In this document: positions 50,201-62,214 of the stretch, in pieces | How the letters are laid out: the number at the start of each line of letters is the position of its first letter | Position numbering within the stretch: position 1 is the first letter of the stretch | NCBI GenBank assembly: GCA_001949185.1 | Contig: BDGG01000004.1 | Coordinates: 955,620-1,019,619, forward strand | From: Ramazzottius varieornatus | Lineage: Eukaryota > Animalia > Tardigrada | Length of the DNA: 64,000 nt | Direction of reading: 5' to 3' | Notes under the pieces: generated by a model | Told to the model about the DNA's origin: nothing | The model's input: only the letters and a program-made list of their open reading frames with translations | The model's database searches: none | Position numbers and translations under genes: made by a program

Positions 50201-52004
50201 GGCTTGTGGGGACCTGTGGGGGAACAGTCATTAGCTGGCTGACGACCTAGCTCCCCCACTTCATCCACATCCGATCTATTCAGCCATGTAGACCGACTGC
50301 CAGGATGGATAAATCGATAAACCGGTCACTGTTGATTAGTCTCCATATCAATGCCTACTTCGTTTTCTATCACTCCCTCACTGTTCGCCCAACTTATTGT
50401 GATTATTTTTAACCTCATGTCTCTTTTTCGTGTTGCAGCAGCGGCGAGGAGATCCGGTCTTATCGACTGAGCCATGAAGTGGCCAGCATGTCGGCTAATC
50501 GACTTTTCGAGGACTTTATGTCCTCATACTGCCCCAACACCTACGGGTAAATCGGTTTTTCCCAGCCATAGCCACCATCTCATCCTGTAAAAACCATGTG
50601 GATAATTTAGAAAATTTTTCGATTTGCACAGTGGGACGTGGGCAAACGATTTGAACCAGATCGTTTTCCCGGAGTGGCTCACGCTGTTAGCTATGACAAT
50701 GGGACCATGCGCCACTTGAGAGCATGATCTGGGTCAGTACCGGGTGGCCATTCGTAATTTTCACAAAATTTTTCCTTCAAAGACAAATTCCGCTTTACCT
50801 TTTCCGAAAAAGGGCTATACCCTGTTCGATACTATAATGTATGCTCCTTGTTTGATCATATTGGATTAACACCATCGTTGAATTCCGATCAGGAAGAAAA
50901 TCCTACCGAAAAAGGTGATGACGGAAAAATTCCCTCGGTCTTATTGTCAGAAACATTCTGCCATCGTGCAACCAAAAACCACAACTGGTGGTAGGAAGGA
51001 TATTTCGATCGGTAAAACCCTCCGGAACAGTATTTTGAGAAGCCCGCCGAGTGGCAGCTCCGTTCACAAACGTGACAAAAATAAATTGCGAACGTGGAAA
51101 CCGAGAAATTTATCCGAGATTAATCGCATCGACCGACGCCAATTTATTTTTTCACAACGTACGAAACTCCAGAAATTTTTCAATAATCTTACTGTAAGGA
51201 GCAGTCACGCCTTCAGTCCGTTCACGATTTGGAAAAAAGTTTCGGTGGCCCGTCAATTAAGAAAGATTGCAGACGCGAAAACCAAGAGAAAATTCTCGTC
51301 TTCTCTTGACAGGTTTATTTTCTGTAAGCATACATTCGACGAGGTTGCCATCGCTTGAGCTGCTCAAAAGTCAATCCTTACTTTGATCAAGTGGTTACCG
51401 GATACTTGTAGAGGGGCAAAGGTTTTCCAGGAACCTTGTTCGCGGGGCATTTCGTTAGCAGGGACCACCATGTTGAATATCAAAATCTGTGAAAGTTTAA
51501 ACTGGCTACCCGGTACAGTGTTATCCTTTTGTGGTTTACTGGCTGATTTCAGACCGATTTCAGCTTTGAAGCTTATACTGTTATTTTCATCTTTATCCTA
51601 GGGTGGGACGCGTGACTGAGCTTCCCTGTTATACAGCGTTGCCGTTCCCACAGTTTTTCTCTCCGTCCATTTCAGAGGATGGTTTTACAGTTTCAAGTGG
51701 AAATAGAATAGAAGGTACAATGTCTCGCTTCCATCTCCGAACTCGATCACTGGGCTTCACTGCGGAAACGTTCTAATTATATTTCGATTTTTCAGATGTT
51801 AAGAGATTACCGGTAATGGCCGGTTTACATTCAACGGATAAAGTCGCGGACCTTTTGCAAGAACTAACGACAACATGTAGTAAGACCACGCTGAACAAGT
51901 ATCCACGCCTTCTGCAAAGCGGCAGCATGGAACTTGACGAATACAAGGAGTCCTTCGAGCGACTACAAGAACTTGCGGGTCGATACCGTGAAAATGATTT
52001 CTGA
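47249..52004 (+). CDS. MSTO1: Protein misato homolog (tubulin/FtsZ-like)
   Basis: MPHEIISLQIGNYANFVGAHFWNLQ; DVLYREGE; TFTPRLV; VRTWSDFL..YHPRS; LRHFVEECE...GFQ..D..GFGG; YHTSAILA.AID; 11 exons with GT-AG boundaries. Confidence 0.92.
48451..48556. repeat. Palindromic N25 element, copy K (MSTO1 intron)
   Basis: CCAGATCG...CAAGTGGCGCAC (48469-48480), 25 nt, GTGCACCACCGA...CGATCTGG...TTTGCCCACG. Confidence 0.85.
50627..50740. repeat. Palindromic element, copy L (MSTO1 intron, 24-nt spacer)
   Basis: CACAGTGGGACGTGGGCAAAC...CCAGATCG...GGAGTGGCTCAC, 24 nt, ATGCGCCACTTG...GATCTGG. Confidence 0.82.
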
Positions 52005-52292
52005 AACTGAAGCCTTCCATTTTTTTGCTTTCCACAAAAGAGTTTTCATTTTGGTCACAGTATTACATGTTGAAAGTTCTGTTACCGTATTGTAGTTTTC
52101 TTGTACGCAAAAGGCGCCATCTGCTTTTGGATCCAAATAGCAAAATTATTCCTTGATTGTGATTTGACAGCCTGAGGATGTACAGAAAGTAGTGAAAGGA
52201 AGACTAGAAACTTTTAAATACATCGAGACCAGACTGGAAATTACTTGGAAAGGAAAATCACAGGTGAACTCGTAGGAACAAAGAAGGAAAGA

Positions 52293-55200
52293 CTATTCGG
52301 TGTACTTGAAATCAGAAAGGCTGAACAGATGGCGTATGGTAGGTCGACCATGTGCGCATATCTGAAACCAAACAGGAACTGTTACCGATATCCTTCGCAC
52401 AACAATTGAAGGGGGATCAGACTACGACTGTCTTTATCGACTTGTAAAGAACTGCAAAAACAACATTCATACTCACCCATGGTTCCTTGAGGAAACTCAT
52501 ATGCTGAACGATCTGTGAAGATACGGCGGTTTCTTTTGTTTTCGCTGTGATTTATTGGGATTATTTATAAGCTTTGCGCAATATGCTGGACTTTTATCTT
52601 GAGATGAGGTGAGATGAGATGCAACTATCAAACCTACTCTAGTCATCTGGGCACTATTCAACGAGTCGCCGATCATCACGGACTTCCGGCAGGCTTTGGA
52701 AGCCAGAGCTTGCAAGACTCTGCTCGGTCTAACGTTCATGCCCTCCGTTTCGATCAGTAGATGGATCATTTCTTTGATATCTACCGAAAGGAAACATTTG
52801 AACTGTCAAGAGCAGTGTTTAATCGTCACGCGAGGTTAGGTCGCTAAAGGTAGACTGACCTTCAGCGCCGAGAACGTTGTCATACAAGAGGGGAGCAGCC
52901 TGTAGGCACACCCGATTAAGGACTGCGTCTTTACTTCCTGTTCAGACGACAGACTCTGATTACCACCTGCACTCACACTGAATACCCACGCATTAATAGT
53001 CACGCTAGTCATCTCATAAGGGCAACAATGTCGTTCAATTGAATCTGCTCGAGGGACCGCGGCGTACCTTCTTCGTCCTGCTGGTGAGGTAAGACGACAA
53101 AGCTGAACCCGTTGCGGATGAAGATGGCCTCGTTCTGAAGGAGAACTGACTTTTCCGCCGGCGTCAGCTCCAGTGGCAGTGGCCTGTAAACAGACAACAA
53201 ACCATGAAACGTCGAACTTTTACAACTTGGTGACATAAAACCTACACGTACTACTAGACAAGGAACCTATTACGTCCCTATTCTACGAACCTCGGTACAG
53301 AAAGCACCGTCGGCCATTGTCACCGGGATCCGAATTCTTAAATCGTTGATTATTTCTAGCTTTTGGCCTTTTCTCGTTCTTTCCGGTGTCTTCCGGAGGA
53401 TCTGTTTTTATCGCAGCGATTCGCGGCATTCGCCCGAGGACCGAATAGCCACATCCGGTCACTCCGGTATACATCGTGACAATACGTATATTTTGGGTAA
53501 GTAATGTTATGATCATCTGGTTATGATGGTACTGTAGGTATGTCACGTAACAAGCTGACGGAAGTGACAGCACGAGGTGTACATCCATCATCCACGAAAA
53601 GAATTTTATCGACTATCGAGATTCCAGAGGATTGTCACAACTCCTGTCGCTGTTTCTAAAGTCAACAACTCTGTTTCAAGCCCCATGCTCCCGCCAGGCT
53701 TCTTCAAATACATATTGTCATGAGATAGCCTTGTGTGATGGATCATTGTTGACTCCAACGTGATCTTGTCAAAAGAACCCTGTCGGCGGGCTGAGTGCTA
53801 TCCCAACTATTCAAGATTCTTGGCAACTACCATTGTCCTGTCACCTGTAATCGCTCGTGCCACTTGATGTTCCTTCTCTCTGACACAAAATCAGATGCAA
53901 TTTTCCAGCCGATTACCCGCAAGACGGCTTTCTTTACTTTTGCGTGCCAACATTTGCACCAGGTAAGAGAAATCATTGCTACCTTTTCTGTGGATGGAAG
54001 ATGCTAATCCGTACTGACCTACAGAAGAAGGAATATTTAGCGCCTCTAGTGTTTGTGCTTGCATCACCCATGCTCACGGAAATTAGCTTTGTCGCACGTC
54101 AGCACCAGGGACAATTGGTTGGAGTAAACGAGTCCATGCAAGCACGTAACGACGGCGACTATAAATAATCGGCAGCTACTATTCCACCGCTTATTCAGCT
54201 GCACTTAAGGCTCTTCGATCTACGAGTGGTCGAGTACTCCATCCTTTGACGCCAGCGTAAAGTAGGGCCTCTTGTTCATCCCGCTCTGGAGTAAGCCAGT
54301 AGATCCGCCGATCGAGCGACAACATTGCATTGCGCATAGTAATCCTCGCTCATTACCAAGTCCACACCGATAATTCTTACCGGGAACTAACCACCGGAAC
54401 CATTCCCCCTAAACTCCCAATTAGCTTCTTCGTAATGCTGCAACGTTCGAAAATCCCGGAAATTTCTTGCATTAATGGGATATTTGGGCTTATCGCGGAC
54501 TTTATATTTGCGCCGTGAACCATTTTGCAAAAGCTGGAGGACTTCTAGGCTAATTTTTTTGCATTTGTAGGTGAGTTGGTTAAAGAATGGAGGAAAGCAC
54601 GAGCATGTACGACGAGGCGCTTCTGAGTATACTGAACAAAGAAGGCCAAATTCAGCCTTTCTTGAATGTGATTTTCGGGTTCCTGCATCGGCGGACTGAT
54701 TTCTTCAAGCCGTTAACACCTGATGGAAAGTACGGTTTCCCGCCCAATGTGGCCCTTAACATGGTCCGGAGTATCTGCCTGCATTACGCCAACCTCAACA
54801 ATAAATACTCCTCTGTCCAACTTCCGCAACAAAGCGTTCCTTCGTCTGCTTCCTCTCCAGCGACATCCACCACGACTTCTACCTCTTCTTCCAGTAACCG
54901 CAAGACAGGTAGCGAAACGCGACAGCAGTCGCTGGAAGGCCTGATCAATCAACCGAACCTTCCGAACTGTTCCACAACGCCTTCTCTCCAGTCAAACACC
55001 GTAAGTATATCCCGCGAAGATTATGTCGTTAAGTGTGACAATTCCGACGTGGGCAAATGGTTCGAACGAGATCGTCCTCCCAAGTGGCGCACACTTAGAG
55101 CCGATGGTAATGGGAGCGTGTGCCACTTGAAGTGAGGATTTGGTTCGGTTCATATGCCCATTTTGATATGTTAACGTGTTCTAAATTAAAGAATTAATTT

Positions 55201-58200
55201 TTTGTTGATTTTTGGTGTAAACAAAAGTCAGACGGTATCGATTGCTGTTTGGAAGTGTTTCCAACGTTCTCATTAATTTCCAATAGGTGCGACGTCACTG
55301 CGGTGATCAAAAACATTAGGCCGCAGTGACGTCACATGTGCACCTGTGTATGAAATAGGCTTTTAAGCGATTAAGTACTAGGATCGTGGCGTGATGCACG
55401 GTGATTGTGAAGCGCAAAACGCATGGCATGAAGTAATCTGACCGTGGGGAGGCGTTGGAGCATTTTATCCCCTTAGTTATCCTTTCTCCAACCGAAAGCG
55501 GTGAACGTGAGTGTTCAACGAAAGAAAGCTAAAAAAAGCTCCTCGATCGATCAGACAACGTTGACGTGGTGGTTTTACTTCTCCCCAATCTAGGGCAGTG
55601 CCTCGATCAACAATGCGGAAACGAGTGAGCTCTCATCCGTCTCCATCTCTCCAGAAACGGGCGAAACTCGCAGCTTCGTTATTCCCACCATTACGGCCCA
55701 TCCAGCCGAAGACGCCGGTAATGGCGCTGTACATGACACATTCTCTTGGAACCAGAGCGCCGACGACGTGGATGTCAAAGTGTAAATTCCCTAAAAATAT
55801 TCGGTTTTCGTTCCTCCAGAAATTAACCAAAATCTGACAATTGGGACTGGGCAAAGGAATAAAAGCAGATTGCTCTCCCAAGTGGCGCACGCTCTCGTCC
55901 AGCAGCAATGACCACGTGCGCCACTTGAGAAAACGATCTGGGTCACTTTATTTGCCCCCGTCCGGATTCTTATTCGAGAAAGGGTGCCAGACTTTTTCCC
56001 AATACTTTTCAGTGAACTTATGGTTTAACTTTCAGGTACGTTGGTCGGACGATCAGTAAGTCCAAACAACTCCAGATCGAGCTGTCTCGAAACAAAGTCT
56101 CCGTATCCATAAGAGATACCAAGCAAGTCCTCCTAAGCGGGACATTCCAGCACCCTATCAATTCCGGCGAATCCATGTGGATATTAGTCCCCGGCGAGTA
56201 CGTGCAGCTAACGCTTCAGAAAGAGCAAGCTGGCCGTTGGTGGTCCTGTTTACTCGAAGGCGAGTCACCCATCGATTTGACCAAGATCAACGCGGAAGTA
56301 CCCTTTGGAGACCTGGGTGACGAAGAGCAAGCCTTAGTCAGGAAGATGACGCACGAACAAGTGAAGAAAGCCAAAGGAGACGGTGGGAAGATCAGTCTTG
56401 CTTTGCAGCCAAACAACCTGCCCAACACCCTCAAAGAAGCCTGGAATCTACCGGGGTCACCTTTCCAAGGTCAACCATTCGACCCCTCGTTGGTTATGTT
56501 GTGAACGAAAGTTATCCGTGATTGAATCTCCTGTCGGCTACATAACAGCTGTGTTGAGCTTCCCAATGTCCTAGAAAATTTCACCATAGTACACAGAAAC
56601 AGACTTCGTTACCGCCTTGTTTTTCCCTGGCCTAAATATTAACAGTGTCTTCTCTTTCTGTCGCTTCTACTCACCGAAGTTGTAATTTGGTTAAACGTGG
56701 AAAGACTCACCGAATCATTTTTTGCGTGTTAACGGTGTAGCTTCGCTGGAGGTCTTCGTAGTTGTAGCGTTCGTCGGAAGCGTGTTGGTCGATGAGGAAA
56801 AAGTCATCCTGCAGTCTGGTCACGATGAAGCCGTGGTTGAACTGAAAAGAGAAAAACGCAACCCTAATCTAATTTAGACGTCCGCTTTGACTGTTTCAAT
56901 GAATTGACAGACTGCAAGAACCGAATAGAGTAACTGAGTTGAAACTCCAGCCCGGAAATGTCAAGTTCACTAAGGATGCTTACTTGTCCAATAATTTGCA
57001 TATCTTTGAAGTCGCCCTTTTGAATGTTGCGTTGTAGTTCTTTCTCGGCTTCCTCATTTTGAGACGGGGTGATGTCCGCTCTGAAAGCCGGCGTTTCCGC
57101 ATTTTCCGGGCTGTTTTTCCTCCGTTGTTCCTGCTCTAGAAGGAGGGACAGAGAAATGCGGTAAAACGGTTAATTAATTGCACTCAGATATCTACCAGTC
57201 AGGTAAACTTTGAGCTCACTTTTCAACAACGCCTCTCGAATCTTTGTCAAAGAAACATGCACAGTTTCTGAGTAGACTGGCTGGTCTTTTTTAGACGTGA
57301 CGGAAGACTTGGGCGTTCTCTGCTTCGTCCTAGTCGAGGGGCCAGAGACTTCGCTAGCTCTCTTCTGGGGTACTTTGAACGGAGAACTGCTGGCGGTGGT
57401 ACGAGCTGCCCCTTTCGGCATTGTCACGGAAGAAAGCGCGAGGATCAAACCGCCGTCGACCTTCTCACCTGCAACGAATATCAGCATTCTTATACGAAAC
57501 AAGAAACTCAAACTTCCAAATCAGTATTTGTAATCCAAATTCTTCAAAGTACCTGACTTCGTTGTTTCGGAGTAGCGAATGTCCGAAAAAGAATCATTGA
57601 GAGGGAAGTTGGATGTGGTAACGCTCGGTAGCCTTATCGAATTTTCGGCATTGTTGTTGCTCGTACTCGCTTCCGTGTTCTCAAAGACCACTTCCTCTCG
57701 CAGATCATTCCCGCTTTTCGTTCTTTCCATCCCAACGTCGATATCGTCAAAGATGGGCTGTTGTTTCTCAGCAGGGACATTCTTTCTTGTGGCAGCCGCC
57801 ACAAAGTCGAGAGCAAAGTTATCGCTTTCCGTGGTCTGGGTGCTGCTGGGAAGGTCTACCGGTGTCTGGCTGGGTTCATTCAAACCAAAGGAGTTGAAAG
57901 GCTGCGAACCGAATGGATTTGACTCGTCGATGACAGGCTGCGAAGGAGCAACGGTGGCACCTTGGGTGGAGAACTGACTGAAAATGATTGAGCGAGGCTT
58001 CTTTGGGATCTGCGACTGGGAGGGTTCTTCGATCTGAGAACTAAAGATCTTCAAAGGCTCGATTTTGTTGAGCCTCGTATTCAACTGAGGCTGCTCTGAG
58101 TTACTTTCTGTAATGCTGGTGTCTCTTGTGTCATTGAACAAGTGTTTGGAAGTTATGTGTGGTGTATCTAACTTATGTTTAGCGATCTGCAGACCCGCAG

Positions 58201-60424
58201 GAGCATTTCGCGCCGGCTCGTAGCTTCCTTCGAGGTCCTTCTCGTCGAAGTCTTCGTTGTCCGTCAGGCGCTTCGAACGCCCCAATGCCATACCTTCCTA
58301 AAAGGTACAGTCAAAACCGTGAAGGAAGACATACATGGTAGTTCATGTTCGTATACGAACGGGTTACTTACTTTGGAAAAGGCTCTGGGTCTGCTGGCTG
58401 GTTTCGTCCGAGACGACCTCGTGGTTGCCGGAGACTGCTGTGGTTGTTCATTAGCCTTGAACTGCAAGTGCTTGAACAAGCGGCAATCTACGGCATTCGC
58501 CAGACCGGCTTGTACTCTGGCTGCTACTGTCTCTGGGTCATGTACTGCTCGTTCTCTTCCGGCAAAGGAGGCCTGATGTGTATGCGCGGACTCCAAAGCC
58601 AGCTTCTGAGCCATGATGACGGGTGGTAGCTGGTTCTTCTGGACCTTGAGAGTATCGGCCGGCGCAGCTCCTGCAGAAGTAGCACAAGTATTCCTGATCG
58701 TGGCCTAAAAAAGAGAGAGGCACATTTCAAGTGGCATCTCCTTCTGAAGGCTTCTTTTAAACCGGAAAATGGCTCACTTTGACAGTAGCCAGAAGAAGCT
58801 TCTCGTTATGGACCAGGACTTGATTCTTGCTCGGAACGACGTTGACGCTAAAACCAAATAAACTGAATGAACATAATAACTCTCGTAATTCGGAAGAAGT
58901 CAACGAGCAGTACTCGATGTTTTCGCGATCCAAGTGAATGGTCATAATGTAGAACGGAGATGTGTCCTTCGAGCTGAACTCTCGATATACATCCATAATG
59001 AGCTTTGCGACCTGCAACAATCCATGTTATCGTTTAACGTCCGCAGTCTAATGCAAATGCATGCACTACCTTTGGGTTTTCGCAGGGTCGTTTCCGACCG
59101 TTTGCTCCGATGAATATGAACTGTCGGTCGTTGGTTGCTCCCCCATTAGTTCCTCGTCCCGCAGTCTGTCCAGTTGGATCGGATATCCAGCCTTCGAGCC
59201 GCAACTCGGAATCTAGCGACCCGGAAGTGGCTCCCGAATTCAGATTGTACTCTTCTAGAATTTCCTCGTCTGGTGTACACATCTTCATCGGAATCAACTT
59301 CCCCTGCAACGAAGACTGATTAGCTCGAAAGTTAACTAGCTATATTCTTGGTTAGGATCTCTCAAATACCGAGGCTGAACCATAAATATCCTTGATGTTG
59401 TCCATCATGCTTCTGTGACCGGAAGTTCGCACAGCGACCGCAGTCTTGCTAATGTTACGAAGAATACCGAATGAAGTATACAAGCCGCTCAGTCGGACGA
59501 ACTCCACGATACAGACCCTTACTTGTTAGAGGTATTCGAGCAGGTAATTCGAACTCCACTGGAAACGATGCCGTACGCATGGACAAGGCGTAGTATTTTG
59601 GCAAACTCTTTACGACTTTGTTTCACCATTGTTTCTCGCCGTACGGGCATGTGGTTGAACAGCTTCCGGACCACCACAGTTGTTCCTGGCTGAAAGAAAA
59701 ACTACTGCTTCAGTCTTACACGTTGCCGCGAATGTACCTGTTTTGATGTTTTGCTTGTTTTGCATACCTGTTTCTGAAGAGGTGCTTTACTTACAAGAGC
59801 ACCTTGCCGATCATATGTCAAGTTGCATCCAGTTTTATCCGATGCTGTTTTCGTATGGACGCGGAAAGATTCACTACAAGAGGACAGGGTAAATACTGCA
59901 GTAGCACCCGGACAACTGATAAAAATTGATTGCACGTTACCTTAGATTACACAGAGCACTAAGCGCTTCTCCCCGAAATCCGAAGCTGTCAACACTACTC
60001 AAATCCTCGAAGTTGTGGAGCTTGGAGGTGTGGCTGCGCAGCACTGCAACGGAAACGACCGGTATCAAACAGCTGAAGAGAAAATAATTCTTCGAGCGTG
60101 TACAGACGTATAAGTCGTCACAAACCGAGAGATTCGTAGTCTTGCTCTCCTACGCCGTGTCCGTTGTCTGCCACTTCGATACATTCCGTCCCGAAATCTG
60201 TCAAACGGATGTCTGCAAGAACAACACAGCGTCTTGCCATCGTCCATTGTTAGCAATAGGGGAAAACGAAGAGGGATATACAGTAACTAACCGACGGAAG
60301 TGGCACCCGCATCCAGACTGTTCTCCAGTAATTCCTTGACGGCGGCGGCGACGGACGGGATTACATTACCGGAAGCGATCCCGAGACGCGTATCCTGTCC
60401 CAGTTCCTTGATACGTTTCTCCAT
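52293..60424 (-). CDS. PMS2: Mismatch repair endonuclease PMS2 (MutL family)
   Basis: [14 protein letters not shown]; IEVADNGHG; HTSKL...[13 protein letters not shown]; NVVPSK; GQFNHGFI; [12 protein letters not shown]; QKMIRP; [12 protein letters not shown]; [10 protein letters not shown]. Confidence 0.92.
54587..56504 (+). CDS. NUDCD3: NudC domain-containing protein 3 (exons 54587-55000, 55574-55781, 56036-56504), nested in a PMS2 intron
   Basis: [26 protein letters not shown]; CS domain NGAV...[19 protein letters not shown]; C-terminal [20 protein letters not shown]. Confidence 0.9.
55047..55161. repeat. Palindromic N25 element, copy M (NudCD3 intron 1)
   Basis: GACGTGGGCAAA...CAAGTGGCGCAC (55081-55092), 25 nt, GTGTGCCACTTG...TGCCCA. 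Confidence 0.88.
55842..55962. repeat. Palindromic N25 element, copy N (NudCD3 intron 2)
   Basis: GGGACTGGGCAAA...CAAGTGGCGCAC (55879-55890), 25 nt, GTGCGCCACTTG (perfect core)...TTTGCCCCCGTCC. Confidence 0.92.
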
Positions 60425-60823
60425 CTTTCCAGACTCATGAAGTAAACACGAGAACGAACGGCGGTCTTGCTGGCATGCGAAGATGGAGAAAAAGCTGAAA
60501 GACTGAAATTTCTCTGCTTTTTGGCGGTAATGTTAGTGATATCATGCCTCACGCTTGTAGCCCGTACCGATCAGCTGACTGTGTGACCGTCACCGTGTGA
60601 CATACTGACATGTCACCTCAGTTGATTTTCTCCAATGCCATTCTCGCAGTTTTTGTTTTCTCCTTCGTTCCTTCTTTGCTTAGTTTGCTACGTCGCCTAA
60701 GCTTGCGAGTTGTTCCTGTCTGCAAGGTAGGTCTAGGTAGCGACGTGGTCTGCGCACTGCTGTCTCTCCCCACGAGAACTTCTATAAGATCACTAAGCTT
60801 AGGTGGATCCACGCGGAGGGAAG
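60425..60823. promoter_or_regulatory. Probable bidirectional promoter, PMS2 / ETFB
   Basis: Head-to-head start codons about 400 bp apart. Confidence 0.55.
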
Positions 60824-61847
60824 ATGTCTTTGAGAGTGCTCGTGGGAGTTAAACGGGTCATCGATTATGCCGTCAAGGTACTGCAGTGTATGTCTTCTAG
60901 TTTTACCAGCGTTCATGGCGATGGACGGTAGGCTAATGCTGCATGTTGTGATTGCAGGTGCGTGTTAGGCCGGACCACAAGTGGGTAGTCACCGATGGGG
61001 TCAAACACAGCATGAACCCTTTCGACGAGATCGCAGTGGAGGAAGCTGTACGGCTGAAGGAAAAAAAGGTTGTGGCCGAGATTGTCGCCGTGTCCTGCGG
61101 ACCTCCTCAAGCTCAGGTAGCAACTTGGTATGCATCCATCCATCCGGTGAGCCTCTGCATCTTGTATGATCGTAGGAAACTCTAAGAACAGCTCTCGCCA
61201 TGGGGGCGGACAAGGCGATCCACGTCGAAGTTCCGGCTAAGGAGGCTGAAACGTTAGCACCGCTCCATGTAGCCAACATTCTTGCCAAGATTATTCAGGA
61301 GGAAAAGATCGATCTGGTTATCCTCGGGAAACAGGTGAATGGTCTTTCCAGTACGAAATGACTGATCAGTTACATGGTTATTTTTTTGCATAGGCTATCG
61401 ACGACGATTCCAATCAAACCGGGCAGATGGTCGCGGGTCTCCTCAACTGGCCACAGGCTACTTTTGCTTCCGAAATAGTACAGGACGGCGATGGACTGAA
61501 GGTAACTCGAGAGATTGACGGTGGTTTGGAGGTGGTCCAGGTCAAGCTCCCGGCTGTTGTGACTACCGATCTGCGGCTTAATCAGCCACGCTATGCCACA
61601 TTACCCAACATCATGGTAAGAGTTCTCTTGACCACTTCCTTGTACAACTTGCATACTCACAGGACGTTCTTCGTAGAAAGCAAAGAAAAAGCCTATTGAC
61701 AAGAAAACACCGGCTGATTTGGGCGTCGACATTACACCACGGCAGGAAATTATCAGCGTTGATGAACCTCCGACTCGGCAAGCTGGCGCTAAGGTCGCCG
61801 ATGTGGCCGATCTCGTCCAGAAGCTCAAAGAAGCAGGCAGAATATAA
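60824..61847 (+). CDS. ETFB: Electron transfer flavoprotein beta subunit
   Basis: [18 protein letters not shown]; [21 protein letters not shown]; TALAMGAD; [16 protein letters not shown]; REIDGGLE; [22 protein letters not shown]. Confidence 0.96.
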
Positions 61848-62214
61848 TGAGATAACACTCTTCGTTGCATGCTTTTGTGCTCATGTCGACAAAAGCAGTA
61901 TATTGTGAATGCAACGTTGGTTAAACTTTGAAGATGATGATAATTATTTATACCGCTTCAATAGTAATTTTCTTGGTTTCTTTCTTGCCAGCTGCTTTTG
62001 CTGGACTTGGTTGGTACCTGCCGTTATTACAGTGCTTTGGCTTCGTTACGAGAGCGCAGTCTGCTTAGCCAGAGTACATCCGCTACGAGATTGTAACGCT
62101 GTAGCGAAAAATCGTAAACACAACCAAACCAAGATTCAAAAGAATGAAAGTGCGCTCTTACAGCTGAAACATTCTGAAAACACAGACTTGTTATCAGCTT
62201 TTTAGAACGACCGC

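Noticed and set aside
2993-55962. Conserved repeats around constant-length variable spacers, suggesting a CRISPR array or integron attC sites
   Set aside because: Copies are inverted and dispersed rather than tandem, the spacers are homologous to one another, the context is eukaryotic, and no cas or integrase gene is present.
56669-56676. Second CG|GTGAGT donor 36 nt inside the large PMS2 intron
   Set aside because: Using it would include an in-frame TGA, and there is no evidence it is used.
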